Source: Ignicoccus hospitalis KIN4/I
GTDB lineage: Archaea; Thermoproteota; Thermoprotei_A; Sulfolobales; Ignicoccaceae
Assembly: GCF_000017945.1 (NCBI RefSeq)
Contig: NC_009776.1
Coordinates: 660,001-692,000 of the forward strand
Direction: 5' to 3'
Length of the DNA: 32,000 nt
Both the position numbers and the translations under genes were made by a program. The notes beneath the pieces were generated by a model. The model searched no databases. It had not been told where the DNA came from and saw nothing but the letters and a program-made list of their open reading frames with translations. Of this stretch, positions 1-8,509 are shown one piece after another (the stretch's first letter is position 1; each line of letters begins with the position of its first letter).

Positions 1-815
1 TCGGCAAGCACTTCCATTATGTCGCCCGTGCACGGCTTTTTGGGTTTCCTAAACTTGTTAGGGCCCTTCCTCCTAAGGGCGGCACAGTCCTCTTGCTTTG
101 AGTAGAAACACGGGTAGGAGAAGAGGTAGAACGGGCTCACGCCCTCCTCCGCCGCCGCGTAGAGCGCCTTTATCGAGCCCAAGGGGACCTTAGCATATAC
201 GTAATCTATCAGTCTCTTGAACTGTTCCCACGCCTCGACGCTGACGTACCTCTTCCCCAGGTAACACTCCTTCGCTTTCAACAGCCTCTCTGCCACACAA
301 GCCGGGTCCGCGGGGGGCCTCCCCGGGTAGGCGACCACCATTTCTCCCCTTCTCTTGCCTAAAGCCGCCATAGCCAAGAAAGAGGCAAAACACTCTGCGG
401 GCTGCGGCGAAGCGGCGCAGAACGCGTCCCCTACCACCAACTCCTTGTCCCCGAGGACCTTGTCGACGCTGTCCAACACCATAGGCCAGGGGTCTCTGAG
501 ACAAATTACAAACGTCTTAAACCCCTTCCCGGCTAACTGACTCTCGGGCAGGGGCCCTTTCTTCAACCTGCTCGAGGGGTTCAACAGAAAGGCGGAGTCG
601 TATACCCTCTTGGCGTCCACGACTTCGCCCTTCTTACAAGGCCTCAACGAGACTACGTCGAAAGTTCTACGGGCCTTACCCTTTCCGCCGACCTCCTCTG
701 AGCCCCCTTCTCCCTTTTTCGAAGCGTCGTATTCGGTGGTTATCAAATATCCCAACGCGACGAGCGTTGAGCTAATTCCGCCTAAGCCGACCGCTACTCT
801 TCCCACGTCCCCCAT
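1..815 (-). CDS. Hypothetical protein, truncated by the window edge; begins MGDVGRVAVGLGGISSTLVALGYL
   Basis: Manual reverse-strand translation from the ATG at 815 gives an open frame to position 1 (about 271 codons, no stop). It overlaps the herA 3' end by about 22 bp, suggesting a co-transcribed downstream gene. It is absent from the ORF track, probably because it has no stop inside the window. Confidence 0.65.
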   Translation of the reverse strand, partial: MGDVGRVAVGLGGISSTLVALGYLITTEYDASKKGEGGSEEVGGKGKARRTFDVVSLRPCKKGEVVDAKRVYDSAFLLNPSSRLKKGPLPESQLAGKGFKTFVICLRDPWPMVLDSVDKVLGDKELVVGDAFCAASPQPAECFASFLAMAALGKRRGEMVVAYPGRPPADPACVAERLLKAKECYLGKRYVSVEAWEQFKRLIDYVYAKVPLGSIKALYAAAEEGVSPFYLFSYPCFYSKQEDCAALRRKGPNKFRKPKKPCTGDIMEVLA

Positions 816-2551
816 TCTTCATCGTCCCTCGTGGCGTGGTACTTCTCCCACTCGTCCACCGCGTCGATGTCTTGTCCGACTTTCTTTATTTCGGCGTGGT
901 CCACCTTCACTATAGCCGGCAACGGCGCCAAAGGGCCTAGGACTAGGGCCTCTCCCACCGAGAGCGAAGGCAAGTGTTTGACCAGCTCCTCGCTCAAGCC
1001 CTCGCTGCTGGCTTGTACGTGCCTCTGGTCTCCGGGTTCGACCAGCTTAAGCACTATCAGATTGTTGGCTTGACTCAAGGCGTCTTGGTCCAAGCCCTTA
1101 GGCCTCTGGGAGACCATAACTAGGCCTACGCCGAACTTCCTCCCTTCCCTAGTTATTCTCGACACCCAGTACTTGGTCAAGGTCCTCCTGTTAGCGGGCG
1201 CGAGTATGTGGGCCTCTTCCAGCACCAAGAGGATAGGAACTTTTAGGACTGCTTTACCCTTAGAGCCGGCCTCCCCCAAGACCTTCCTCTTCCTCGCGTT
1301 CAATATACTCTTTAGAGATACACTTACAATTATATCGGCCATATCTTCGTCCAGCGAGTGTAAGTCCATCACGTTCAGCGAGGCCGGCTTTATCCTTTCC
1401 ACTACGTCGGAGGCGTCAAAGTCAAATATTTCCTTGTATTTCTGTTCTGCATCTTGGATCTTTACCAACAAGTTAGGTATGGCAGAGTTGACGTCGCTCT
1501 TCGCGTCTATTACAGTGTACAAGTCAGAGCAGTCGTTCTTCTCACAGACTTTCGTCTTGTTCGCATTCTTTAAAGCAATCTTTATTGACGTCAACGGCGT
1601 CGTGGGGTTGAACTTACCGTACTCCCTTAGAATCTGCGCCGCCAACGCGATGTTATCGTAGTGGATAACGGGCATCTCTTTGGTGTGCATTAGCTCAATC
1701 AACATGTTTTGTAATATTCTGAAGAACTTTTCTTTACTCTCGACGACGTTGCTGTTCTCTATCACTTTCCATAAGGTTAACACGTTACGGAGGTAAAGCT
1801 CTTGTTTATGTGCGTCCTTGCTGAGGCCGATGAGCTTGGAGAAGGAGTCCGCGTCCAGCTTCGTAGGGTCGAGCTTAGGCTCTATGACGTTTACGTACTC
1901 CGCGTCGAGCCTCGAGTACTCGCCGTGCATGTCAAAGATGAGAACGCATCCATTCTTTTCTTTAACTATTCTGGTCGTTAGGACGGTAACGGTGTTACTC
2001 TTCCCCGCTCCGGTAACTGCTACCACCGCCATGTGGCGCGAGACTATTTGGGTGACGTCGACGTAGAACCCCACGCCCGGATGTGCGGCCAACTCGCCTA
2101 ACTTGATAAACCTCTTATCTCCTTCTCGTGAGAATATCTTCACAAGAGCTTCTTTGCTAGCCTTGTAAACTTCGGAGCCGGGGTCTATGGCTACCCGGGG
2201 CGGCTCTTGTTTCCCCATCTTAATTAACGGTTTTATTTTGGTGAGTACCTTAACTATTGCAAAGTACTTAGTGTTAGACTGGCCGAACATGAGCGTTCTT
2301 AATATGGTGCCGGCCAAGTGGGGGTTCTCGAGGTCGGCTAAGTCCCCTAACAGCTCGTTCCTAGCTATGCTCTCTTCAACCCAACCGAGCACCTCCTCAT
2401 TGGAGTTCAACGGCTTTATTATCACGTATTCGCCGACCTTGAGCGGCTCTTTTGTCCTGACCGTGACCTTAGAAGACGTCGCCTCATCAACCACGTAGCC
2501 TATCGCTCCCCCGTAACTTTCAACCATCTCTTGAGAGCTCATTAGTACCAT
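794..2551 (-). CDS. herA: HerA-type bipolar DNA helicase/ATPase (DUF87/HAS-barrel)
   Basis: 585 aa; N-terminal HAS-barrel-like region; Walker A 'VTGAGKSNTVTVL'; Walker B 'PILLVLEEAHI'; 'SQRPKGLDQDALSQANNLIVLKL' motif typical of HerA; divergent nurA neighbour. Confidence 0.93.
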   Translation of the reverse strand: MVLMSSQEMVESYGGAIGYVVDEATSSKVTVRTKEPLKVGEYVIIKPLNSNEEVLGWVEESIARNELLGDLADLENPHLAGTILRTLMFGQSNTKYFAIVKVLTKIKPLIKMGKQEPPRVAIDPGSEVYKASKEALVKIFSREGDKRFIKLGELAAHPGVGFYVDVTQIVSRHMAVVAVTGAGKSNTVTVLTTRIVKEKNGCVLIFDMHGEYSRLDAEYVNVIEPKLDPTKLDADSFSKLIGLSKDAHKQELYLRNVLTLWKVIENSNVVESKEKFFRILQNMLIELMHTKEMPVIHYDNIALAAQILREYGKFNPTTPLTSIKIALKNANKTKVCEKNDCSDLYTVIDAKSDVNSAIPNLLVKIQDAEQKYKEIFDFDASDVVERIKPASLNVMDLHSLDEDMADIIVSVSLKSILNARKRKVLGEAGSKGKAVLKVPILLVLEEAHILAPANRRTLTKYWVSRITREGRKFGVGLVMVSQRPKGLDQDALSQANNLIVLKLVEPGDQRHVQASSEGLSEELVKHLPSLSVGEALVLGPLAPLPAIVKVDHAEIKKVGQDIDAVDEWEKYHATRDDEEWGTWEE

Positions 2552-2574
2552 CGTCAGAACCCCTTTCGAAATAG

Positions 2575-3612
2575 GTGAAAAGTTTGAGCCGCCAAGAAGG
2601 CAGCCCCCTCTCAGACTTGATATCTATGAGGGATTACGCAATTAGAAAAATGTTTGTCGCCGCCGACGAGTATAAAGACTACGTAAAGGAAGTCTGGTAC
2701 ACAATCGAGGAGGCCGAGCGCTCTCCGAAAGTGAGCTTCGACAAGGTATTTTCTGTAGACGGGTCGAAGTTTCATATAGAATTCCAGTCCTTGTCGCTCT
2801 TCCTCGTGCGCGCCCTCTCGTTCCTCATAGACTTTAAGGGCAAGAGCGGGGTACACAAGGTCAAGAGCCTTTACGGGACGGTGACCCCTCCGTACAAGTC
2901 TAACGATAGGAGCATACTGTACATGGAAGCGTTGGAACTAGAGCTTGTAAACGAACTACTAGAAGAGGTCGGGTACTCCGACGACGCGTTAATCCTAGCG
3001 GACGGCGCCATGAGCACTATAGGTCAATGTAGGACTTACGAGGGGAGCAAATGCGGTTGTGCGCTAAGACACGGGTCCGTATCTGAAGTGCTCAACGACG
3101 GGGGCCTCGACGGGAGGTGTAAGGTATGCCTCGAGTGTGCAGTAAAACAAAACAACCTTCGAAAGGTCATAGAAAGAAGGTCGCCTAACTTATTCTATGT
3201 TGCAAAGAAATATCACTCCAACGCCCTCTTCCAAGACGAGGAGCTGGACGACCTCACCATCCTATTCTTGGTAACTACGTACTTGAGCAGCGATATGGAC
3301 GGTGCCGGCGTAACTATACCAATGAGAAAGACTATCAAGTTACCCTTGATAGGTAGGGAAGAGGAGGTCTGGTTCTTTTATGCTAAGTTCAAGAGGGGCG
3401 GGAACTTGTACTACATCGAAGTACCCAGAGAGATAGGCTTGGAAGACGCCATGAACTTCGTTAAAGAGGTCTCGCCCCTGTGTACTAAGGGCGTCGGCTA
3501 CCCCCTCCCCCTGATATGGGCCCACAAGAGCGTAGAGTTGCCGGAGAAGACAATCAGGCCCATAATCGAGCAAGCGTACGCGTTCTTCAGAAGCGGCAGA
3601 GAGGGGCTATGA
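2575..3612 (+). CDS. nurA: NurA-type 5'-3' nuclease
   Basis: 345 aa with 'VFSVDGSKFHIEF' (NurA motif I), 'ALILADGAMS' and a C-terminal 'YPLPLIWAHKSVEL' region; head-to-head with herA. Confidence 0.88.
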   Translation: MKSLSRQEGSPLSDLISMRDYAIRKMFVAADEYKDYVKEVWYTIEEAERSPKVSFDKVFSVDGSKFHIEFQSLSLFLVRALSFLIDFKGKSGVHKVKSLYGTVTPPYKSNDRSILYMEALELELVNELLEEVGYSDDALILADGAMSTIGQCRTYEGSKCGCALRHGSVSEVLNDGGLDGRCKVCLECAVKQNNLRKVIERRSPNLFYVAKKYHSNALFQDEELDDLTILFLVTTYLSSDMDGAGVTIPMRKTIKLPLIGREEEVWFFYAKFKRGGNLYYIEVPREIGLEDAMNFVKEVSPLCTKGVGYPLPLIWAHKSVELPEKTIRPIIEQAYAFFRSGREGL

Positions 3613-3614
3613 CC

Positions 3615-3623
3615 AAAATATAA
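3615..3623 (+). promoter_or_regulatory. Putative TATA box for the 3659 gene
   Basis: 'aaaatataag' about 36-44 bp upstream of the GTG start at 3659. Confidence 0.4.
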
Positions 3624-3658
3624 GTGGCCCGAGGCCCTCGCCTCCGGGTGGGCTAGGA

Positions 3659-3970
3659 GTGTTCAAGCCGGTGGACGTCGACGTCTTCGTAGTAGAGGCC
3701 GAAAGGGGGCTGGCGGGCAACGTATACGTAGCGGTAGCCATGGGCAGAGTGCCCTCAGAACAGAAGCCCAAGCTCACATTCTTCGTCGTCCCCCCTTCAG
3801 AGATACAAAAAAACATAAACAAGTACAAGGAAGTAGTTAAGTTCGTTAATGTAGAGAGTGAGGAATTCAAGAAGCTGAGGCCCGAGCTCAGGAGGCTGGC
3901 AAGGGAAGCCATCCGGTCGCCCTCCTCCTATATACCCCCAGAAGTGGTGGAGGAACTGAGGAAGAAATGA
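3659..3970 (+). CDS. Hypothetical protein (103 aa)
   Basis: ORF starting at GTG 3659, preceded by a TATA-like element; no family recognised. Confidence 0.65.
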   Translation: MFKPVDVDVFVVEAERGLAGNVYVAVAMGRVPSEQKPKLTFFVVPPSEIQKNINKYKEVVKFVNVESEEFKKLRPELRRLAREAIRSPSSYIPPEVVEELRKK

Positions 3971-4110
3971 GTGAGGTCCTAATAAGCGACGTGGAGAGCG
4001 AAGAGGAATGCCTCTCGGCGTGCGAGGCGAGGTTTTGTCACGGAGCCTTGTACTCACCCTCCGAGAGGCTCTGTAAGTGTCTGCTCTGCACTGGGCCCCT
4101 TCGGGAGTGA
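3967..4110 (+). CDS. Small cysteine-rich protein, 47 aa: MSEVLISDVESEEECLSACEARFCHGALYSPSERLCKCLLCTGPLRE
   Basis: Manual translation; ATGA overlap with the upstream stop codon; six Cys in 47 aa; ends TGA 4108-4110. Confidence 0.45.
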   Translation: MSEVLISDVESEEECLSACEARFCHGALYSPSERLCKCLLCTGPLRE

Positions 4111-4179
4111 TGTGAAACCCCCGGCCGACCTCCTCGCGGCGGGGCATGAGGAGGCTCGGCGCAACTGACCTCGATGCGA

Positions 4180-4240
4180 CTCAGCGTAACTCTGATTCCT
4201 CACCCGAGAGCCTCGGGCTTGCCGAGTTATCATCATCGCC
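4180..4240 (-). ncRNA. Candidate C/D box sRNA (2'-O-methylation guide)
   Basis: Minus-strand sequence from 4236: ATGATGA (C, exact RUGAUGA) - TAACTCGGCAAG - degenerate D' (CCCG/CCGA) - GTGAGGA (C', one mismatch) - ATCAGAGTTACG (exactly 12 nt) - CTGA (D). It lies in the intergenic gap between the 47-aa ORF and pepA. The D guide would pair with CGUAACUCUGAU, sharing the conserved 23S CGUAACU segment. Confidence 0.6.
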
Positions 4241-4266
4241 CTTAACTCTCCCCTCCCACTGTATGC

Positions 4267-5628
4267 TTGGCGGAGAGGTTGCTGAGGCTTAAACTAACAG
4301 ACGTTCCTCCGGAAAGGTTAGTAGGCGTAAAGGTTAAAATATTTAAGAACAAGGATGACTTCGTAGAATTCGCCTCCCCCTTCTATACGGTAGAGGAAGT
4401 TAAGCCTAACAGCGTCGTAAAGGTGAAGAAGGACGGAGAAGGTTACGTGGCCGCCTTCTGTGAGGACGACTTCGAGTGTGCCACATCGCTGGGAAAGGTA
4501 CTAAAGCAGCTGAGGACCAGCGTAGTCGACCTAACGAACGTCGAAGACCCTTACCCCTACATAACCGGCATAGCACTGACTGCCTGGGAGTTTGACAAGT
4601 ACAAGTCCGAGAAGAGGGAAGTGGAGATAGTTTTCAGTACGCCTAACAAGGAAGTGGCGCAAGAGGCGTTAAGGCACGCGGAAGCGCAGATGTTCGCCAG
4701 AGATCTCGCTTCCGAGCCTCCTAACGTTCTGAACCCCAAAACCTTCCCGGAGAGAGTAATGGAAAAGGTCAAGGGCTTACCAATAGAGGTAGAAGTCTTA
4801 GATGAGAACGACCTCAAGAAGGAAGGACTGGAGCTACTCTTGGCGGTCGGCAAGGGTTCCGACGTACCCCCGAGGTTGCTAATAATGAGGTACTACGGAG
4901 GCGGGGAGAAGCTCGCAATGGTAGGAAAGGGAGTCACCTTTGACGCCGGCGGATATAACTTGAAGCCGGCAAATTACATGAAAAACATGCACGCCGACAT
5001 GAGCGGCGCTGCTGCAGTCGCCGCTGCGACGCTCTACGCAGCAAAACTGAACTTAAACGTCAACTTAGAGTCATATATTCCGTTAGCAGAGAACCTAATA
5101 TCCGGGAGGGCCTACAAAATGGAAGATATCATAAGGAGTTACAGTGGCAAGTACGTCCACATAGGCAACACCGACGCGGAAGGCAGGCTTATCTTGGCCG
5201 ACGCCCTAGCTTACGCTAAACGCTCGTCGCCCAAGGTGACTTTTACCTTAGCGACTTTGACGGGCGCCCAGATAATCGCCCTCGGGTACGACATAGCTGC
5301 GCTGTACGCCACCCACGACGAGGACGCCGAGAAGGTGGAGGAGGCCTCGAAGCGTACGAAGGAGCTGGTGTGGAGAATGCCTCTATACGAGAAGTATAAA
5401 GAAGAATTAAAGCATCCAAGTGCGGACTTGAGCAACGTGGGGAAGGGCAGGGGAGCCGGAAGCATAATCGGTGCGCTGTTCCTAAAGGAGTTCGCGCCGG
5501 AGAGGTGGGTGTACTTAGACATAGCCGGTCCAGCCATGGCCCACGAGGCCAACGCTTGGTGGTGCTCTCCCTACCCCACCGGTTGGGGCGCCAGGCTGAT
5601 GTTAGCGACCTTGAAGGAGTACCAGTAG
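4267..5628 (+). CDS. pepA: Leucyl aminopeptidase, M17 family
   Basis: 453 aa with 'GKGVTFDAGGYNLKPANYMKNMHADMSGAAAV' and 'NTDAEGRLILADAL' M17 signatures; TTG start at 4267. Confidence 0.93.
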   Translation: MAERLLRLKLTDVPPERLVGVKVKIFKNKDDFVEFASPFYTVEEVKPNSVVKVKKDGEGYVAAFCEDDFECATSLGKVLKQLRTSVVDLTNVEDPYPYITGIALTAWEFDKYKSEKREVEIVFSTPNKEVAQEALRHAEAQMFARDLASEPPNVLNPKTFPERVMEKVKGLPIEVEVLDENDLKKEGLELLLAVGKGSDVPPRLLIMRYYGGGEKLAMVGKGVTFDAGGYNLKPANYMKNMHADMSGAAAVAAATLYAAKLNLNVNLESYIPLAENLISGRAYKMEDIIRSYSGKYVHIGNTDAEGRLILADALAYAKRSSPKVTFTLATLTGAQIIALGYDIAALYATHDEDAEKVEEASKRTKELVWRMPLYEKYKEELKHPSADLSNVGKGRGAGSIIGALFLKEFAPERWVYLDIAGPAMAHEANAWWCSPYPTGWGARLMLATLKEYQ

Positions 5629-5640
5629 GGTGAGGCGGCC

Positions 5641-6009
5641 GTGCCGGTTAGGGTGAGCGAGTACAAGTCGTTTAAGGAGTTGTTAGACGACATGAACAGA
5701 GAGTTAGAACTGAACTTGGAGGGCCTTAGAGGGATACTGAAGATTCTGTTAGAGGAACAGTGGAGGGGGAGTGGAGAGGGGTCAGCGTCATATCCGCGAA
5801 TGAGGATCTTGGTTGACCCTAACGACGAGTTGATAAAAAACCAAGTGATCCCGGTATTATCAGAAGTGGTTAACAACGTGAGGGCCTTGAGATCTTCCAT
5901 TGCAATCTTCAAAACGCTCTTCTCGAAGAGTGAGCTGGAGACCGAACTCAAGCTGAAAGCTATATGGGACGGCTCCCACGTCAGGGTGGTAATAGTATCT
6001 ACGACCTAA
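5641..6009 (+). CDS. Hypothetical protein (122 aa)
   Basis: Compact ORF directly after pepA; no family recognised. Confidence 0.55.
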   Translation: MPVRVSEYKSFKELLDDMNRELELNLEGLRGILKILLEEQWRGSGEGSASYPRMRILVDPNDELIKNQVIPVLSEVVNNVRALRSSIAIFKTLFSKSELETELKLKAIWDGSHVRVVIVSTT

Positions 6010-6021
6010 GCACGTCAAGCG

Positions 6022-6348
6022 CTACTCCACCTTCTTCAAGCCGGCCATAACTAGGACGCTGTCGGCGACGAAACTCATGCTTATGTAGCCCCCCTCAGCC
6101 TTAACCACCACGTCTAACTGTCTCTTCTCGGCACTGTAGGCCCTCAACTCCTTTTCGGATATGCTCTTCAAGTCGTGGAATATATTTATCGCTATCTCAT
6201 AAATCTCGTTGATCTTTTCTGGCCTTATGTTTTCGTAGTCAACCACCTCTAGCTTAGTCCCTTTCAGCTCGTAAACCACGTACCAGTCGACCTTGTAGCC
6301 GGGCACTTCTTGTACCTTCCACTTCTTCTGTGCCATCTTCGGAATCAC
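6022..6348 (-). CDS. Hypothetical protein (108 aa)
   Basis: ORF immediately downstream of the MinD-like gene on the same strand, 4-bp gap; likely co-transcribed. Confidence 0.6.
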   Translation of the reverse strand: MIPKMAQKKWKVQEVPGYKVDWYVVYELKGTKLEVVDYENIRPEKINEIYEIAINIFHDLKSISEKELRAYSAEKRQLDVVVKAEGGYISMSFVADSVLVMAGLKKVE

Positions 6349-6352
6349 CTCC

Positions 6353-7270
6353 TCAGAGAACCTTTAAGTGTAGAGCTACACACCCTACCGGCTTGTCTCC
6401 CCTAGCGATCCTCATCGCGGCGTCCCTCAAGACCTTCAAAGCGGCCGACTCGGTGGGCTTGTAGTTTATGCTAGCGGGAGGGGCCGCGCCGGAGACCTTG
6501 ACGTCGTAGAGCTTGCCGTCGAAGGGTACGAAGACTACGTAGCGGGCAGCGAACTTCTTACAGAGCTCCGGAGCCTTAGCGACTGCCGCCCTGTACTCGT
6601 GGTGGACGGGCTTTATCATGTTAACGAACACCATGTATATGGGTAGGCTAGGGTAGAACATTTCCACGTATCTGGCCGCGTACTCAGCAGTAGTCGGGAC
6701 GGCGTCTATCACTATGTTTAGCCAGTGGGTAGCGCTGGCCGCCACCCTGTGGAAGGGGGCGGGCGCGGGTCCGCTCGGGACGGGGTAGTCGTTGAACACG
6801 ACGTCGTGCGTGTTTGACAAGTAATTAACCAAGCTTACGGCCCTCTCCCTTATTTTGTTGTAGTTGTCCTCGAGTTCTTCGGCTAACCTCTTTACCTTCC
6901 CCCTCACCAAGGCCTCCTTGTCCGATGCAGGGACCAAATCAACTTCTATCACCTTTCCTTCTGCCGTGGTGAAGCTCACCTTTCTGACTACTTCGTCTGG
7001 GCTGGCTTCTCCCATCAACAGCTCCAAGAGGCCCGGCCCTTCTGACGAACCCAGCAACCTGGACGTTAGCCTGGGCGACCACAAGTCCCAGTCTATCATA
7101 GCTACCTTGTAGTCCCTCTGTGCTATCAAGAACGCTATCTCTACGGTTATGCTAGTCTTACCGACGCCTCCCTTGGGGCTCATAGTGCCGTAGACGTTCT
7201 CCTTTTCTATGCCAACGACTATTTCTTCTCCTTTCTTCTTCTTCTTGAAGAAGAGTATCATGGCTATCAC
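6353..7270 (-). CDS. MinD/ParA-family ATPase
   Basis: 305 aa; deviant Walker A 'SPKGGVGKTSITVEIAFLIAQ', 'VAMIDWDLWSPRLT' (A'), 'DVVFNDYPVP'. Confidence 0.88.
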   Translation of the reverse strand: MIAMILFFKKKKKGEEIVVGIEKENVYGTMSPKGGVGKTSITVEIAFLIAQRDYKVAMIDWDLWSPRLTSRLLGSSEGPGLLELLMGEASPDEVVRKVSFTTAEGKVIEVDLVPASDKEALVRGKVKRLAEELEDNYNKIRERAVSLVNYLSNTHDVVFNDYPVPSGPAPAPFHRVAASATHWLNIVIDAVPTTAEYAARYVEMFYPSLPIYMVFVNMIKPVHHEYRAAVAKAPELCKKFAARYVVFVPFDGKLYDVKVSGAAPPASINYKPTESAALKVLRDAAMRIARGDKPVGCVALHLKVL

Positions 7271-7866
7271 CCGGGAACTACTTTTACCTTGAACAGGTCA
7301 CCTACCCTACTCTCCAACATCTTCTGTAACTGCTCCATGATACGCTTGGGAACCCTCTTGCTTACTATGACAATCAGTTCATGGTTGCTCAACTTCGCCT
7401 CACCTTCCACGCCTAGCTCTCTGATTATATTTTCTATAACGTTTGCTACCTCGTTCATTATTTCGTCGGGCGGTATTACTGTCTCGCTCACGCCCGCCTC
7501 CACGAGCTCCTTGTCCGGTATGAAGAGCTCTATTCCGGGGATTAGTTGGACCAACTTCTTAACGTCTTCCGGCAACGCGGAGACGTCGAGGCCCGCGCTC
7601 TCCATGACAGACTCCACGCCTCCCTCGACCATAGTAGTGTGGGGTATGACCAACAAAGCTAGGATGGCGTCCTTGAAGTCCGCCTCCGAGGGTAGTTTGG
7701 GCTCGCCGGCAACCACCCTGTTGTTTTCAACAGTAAGTATGAATTTGTTCCACTTTAGATCCTTCTTGAGTATCAGGAGTATGGCTTTCCCGCTCTTTAT
7801 TTTCTTGGCCTCAATCATTACCTCCTCTGGGTGTCGTATTTTCTTAATATTCTTCTCCTCAGGCAC
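7267..7866 (-). CDS. Uncharacterised protein, possibly DUF2226/DUF4388-like N-terminal fold (199 aa)
   Basis: 4-bp overlap with the MinD-like gene. The 'GKAILLILKKDLKWNKFILTVENNRVVAGEPKL...FKDAILALL' pattern resembles small beta-rich DUF4388-type domains (by-eye inference). Confidence 0.6.
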   Translation of the reverse strand: MPEEKNIKKIRHPEEVMIEAKKIKSGKAILLILKKDLKWNKFILTVENNRVVAGEPKLPSEADFKDAILALLVIPHTTMVEGGVESVMESAGLDVSALPEDVKKLVQLIPGIELFIPDKELVEAGVSETVIPPDEIMNEVANVIENIIRELGVEGEAKLSNHELIVIVSKRVPKRIMEQLQKMLESRVGDLFKVKVVPG

Positions 7867-7879
7867 CCCGTTGAGCCCC

Positions 7880-8509
7880 GTGTGTGAGGCCTACGGAAGC
7901 TTTAATTTTCTAGTACTAGTTCCACAAACGGAGGTCCTAGAGTACTTGGCGCAATCAACAGAATTGCCAAAGGGCTATTCTATTGTTAAGGGAGAATGTG
8001 GAGTTAACGCGCTAAAGAAGGTCCTCAACAACCTTTGTACGAGGCTGAGCGTAAGGAGTGGAGGCTCCAAGGGGAGCTTCGTCCTATGTAAGGGAAAGGT
8101 CGTAGAGGGCTCGTGGAGGGGGCTCCAAGGGGTCGAAGCTTGGAACGCGCTACTGGAGGACGTATCCCGAGCGTCGAGCGAATTTCACTTGACCTTTTAT
8201 CAACCTCCCTCTTCCTTGACTTTTACCGAAGACCTCGAAGTGGCAACCGAGGTCGCGTTGGAGGAGACCGAAGCCAGTTACTTTTCCGGGGTGAGCGTGG
8301 TCGCTTTGGGCAAACACGTGTTGGCCATACTCCACAAGCTCGAGAGCTTGGGGTACGAGGTGGAAGACATGAAGATAAAGGTAGATAAAAAGGTCGCGTA
8401 CGTGTCGCTGGCCGCCCGGGAGTATGACCCGGAGCTCGTAAGGAGGATCGCGCTTGAGTACTTGGAGCCGCTGGGCATCAAAGAGGTGAGGGTAGAGAGC
8501 CTTGGCTGA
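7880..8509 (+). CDS. Uncharacterised protein, possibly DUF2226/DUF4388-like; GTG start at 7880 (alternative TTG at 7946)
   Basis: Coding part of the 7289..8509 ORF; its 5' portion is antisense to the 7267..7866 gene. 'GSFVLCKGKVVEGSWRGLQGVEAWNALLEDV' motif. Confidence 0.6.
   Translation: MCEAYGSFNFLVLVPQTEVLEYLAQSTELPKGYSIVKGECGVNALKKVLNNLCTRLSVRSGGSKGSFVLCKGKVVEGSWRGLQGVEAWNALLEDVSRASSEFHLTFYQPPSSLTFTEDLEVATEVALEETEASYFSGVSVVALGKHVLAILHKLESLGYEVEDMKIKVDKKVAYVSLAAREYDPELVRRIALEYLEPLGIKEVRVESLG

Noticed and set aside
831-2498. Plus-strand ORFs 831..1073, 1173..1661, 1818..2066 and 2187..2498
   Set aside because: All antisense to herA, with Ser/Leu-rich shadow-ORF composition.
4101-4190. A plus-strand C/D box RNA ('gtgatgtga ... 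ctga')
   Set aside because: The C box is imperfect and no 12-nt spacer architecture is present; the minus-strand reading fits far better.
7289-7879. 5' part of the 406-aa plus-strand ORF (7289..8509)
   Set aside because: Antisense to the 7267..7866 gene and low-complexity Ser/Phe-rich as in shadow ORFs; coding starts at 7880 or 7946.
7911-7920. CTAGTACTAG 10-bp palindrome between the divergent island operons
   Set aside because: Too short and without a second copy to claim an operator; it may simply flank a shared AT-rich promoter.
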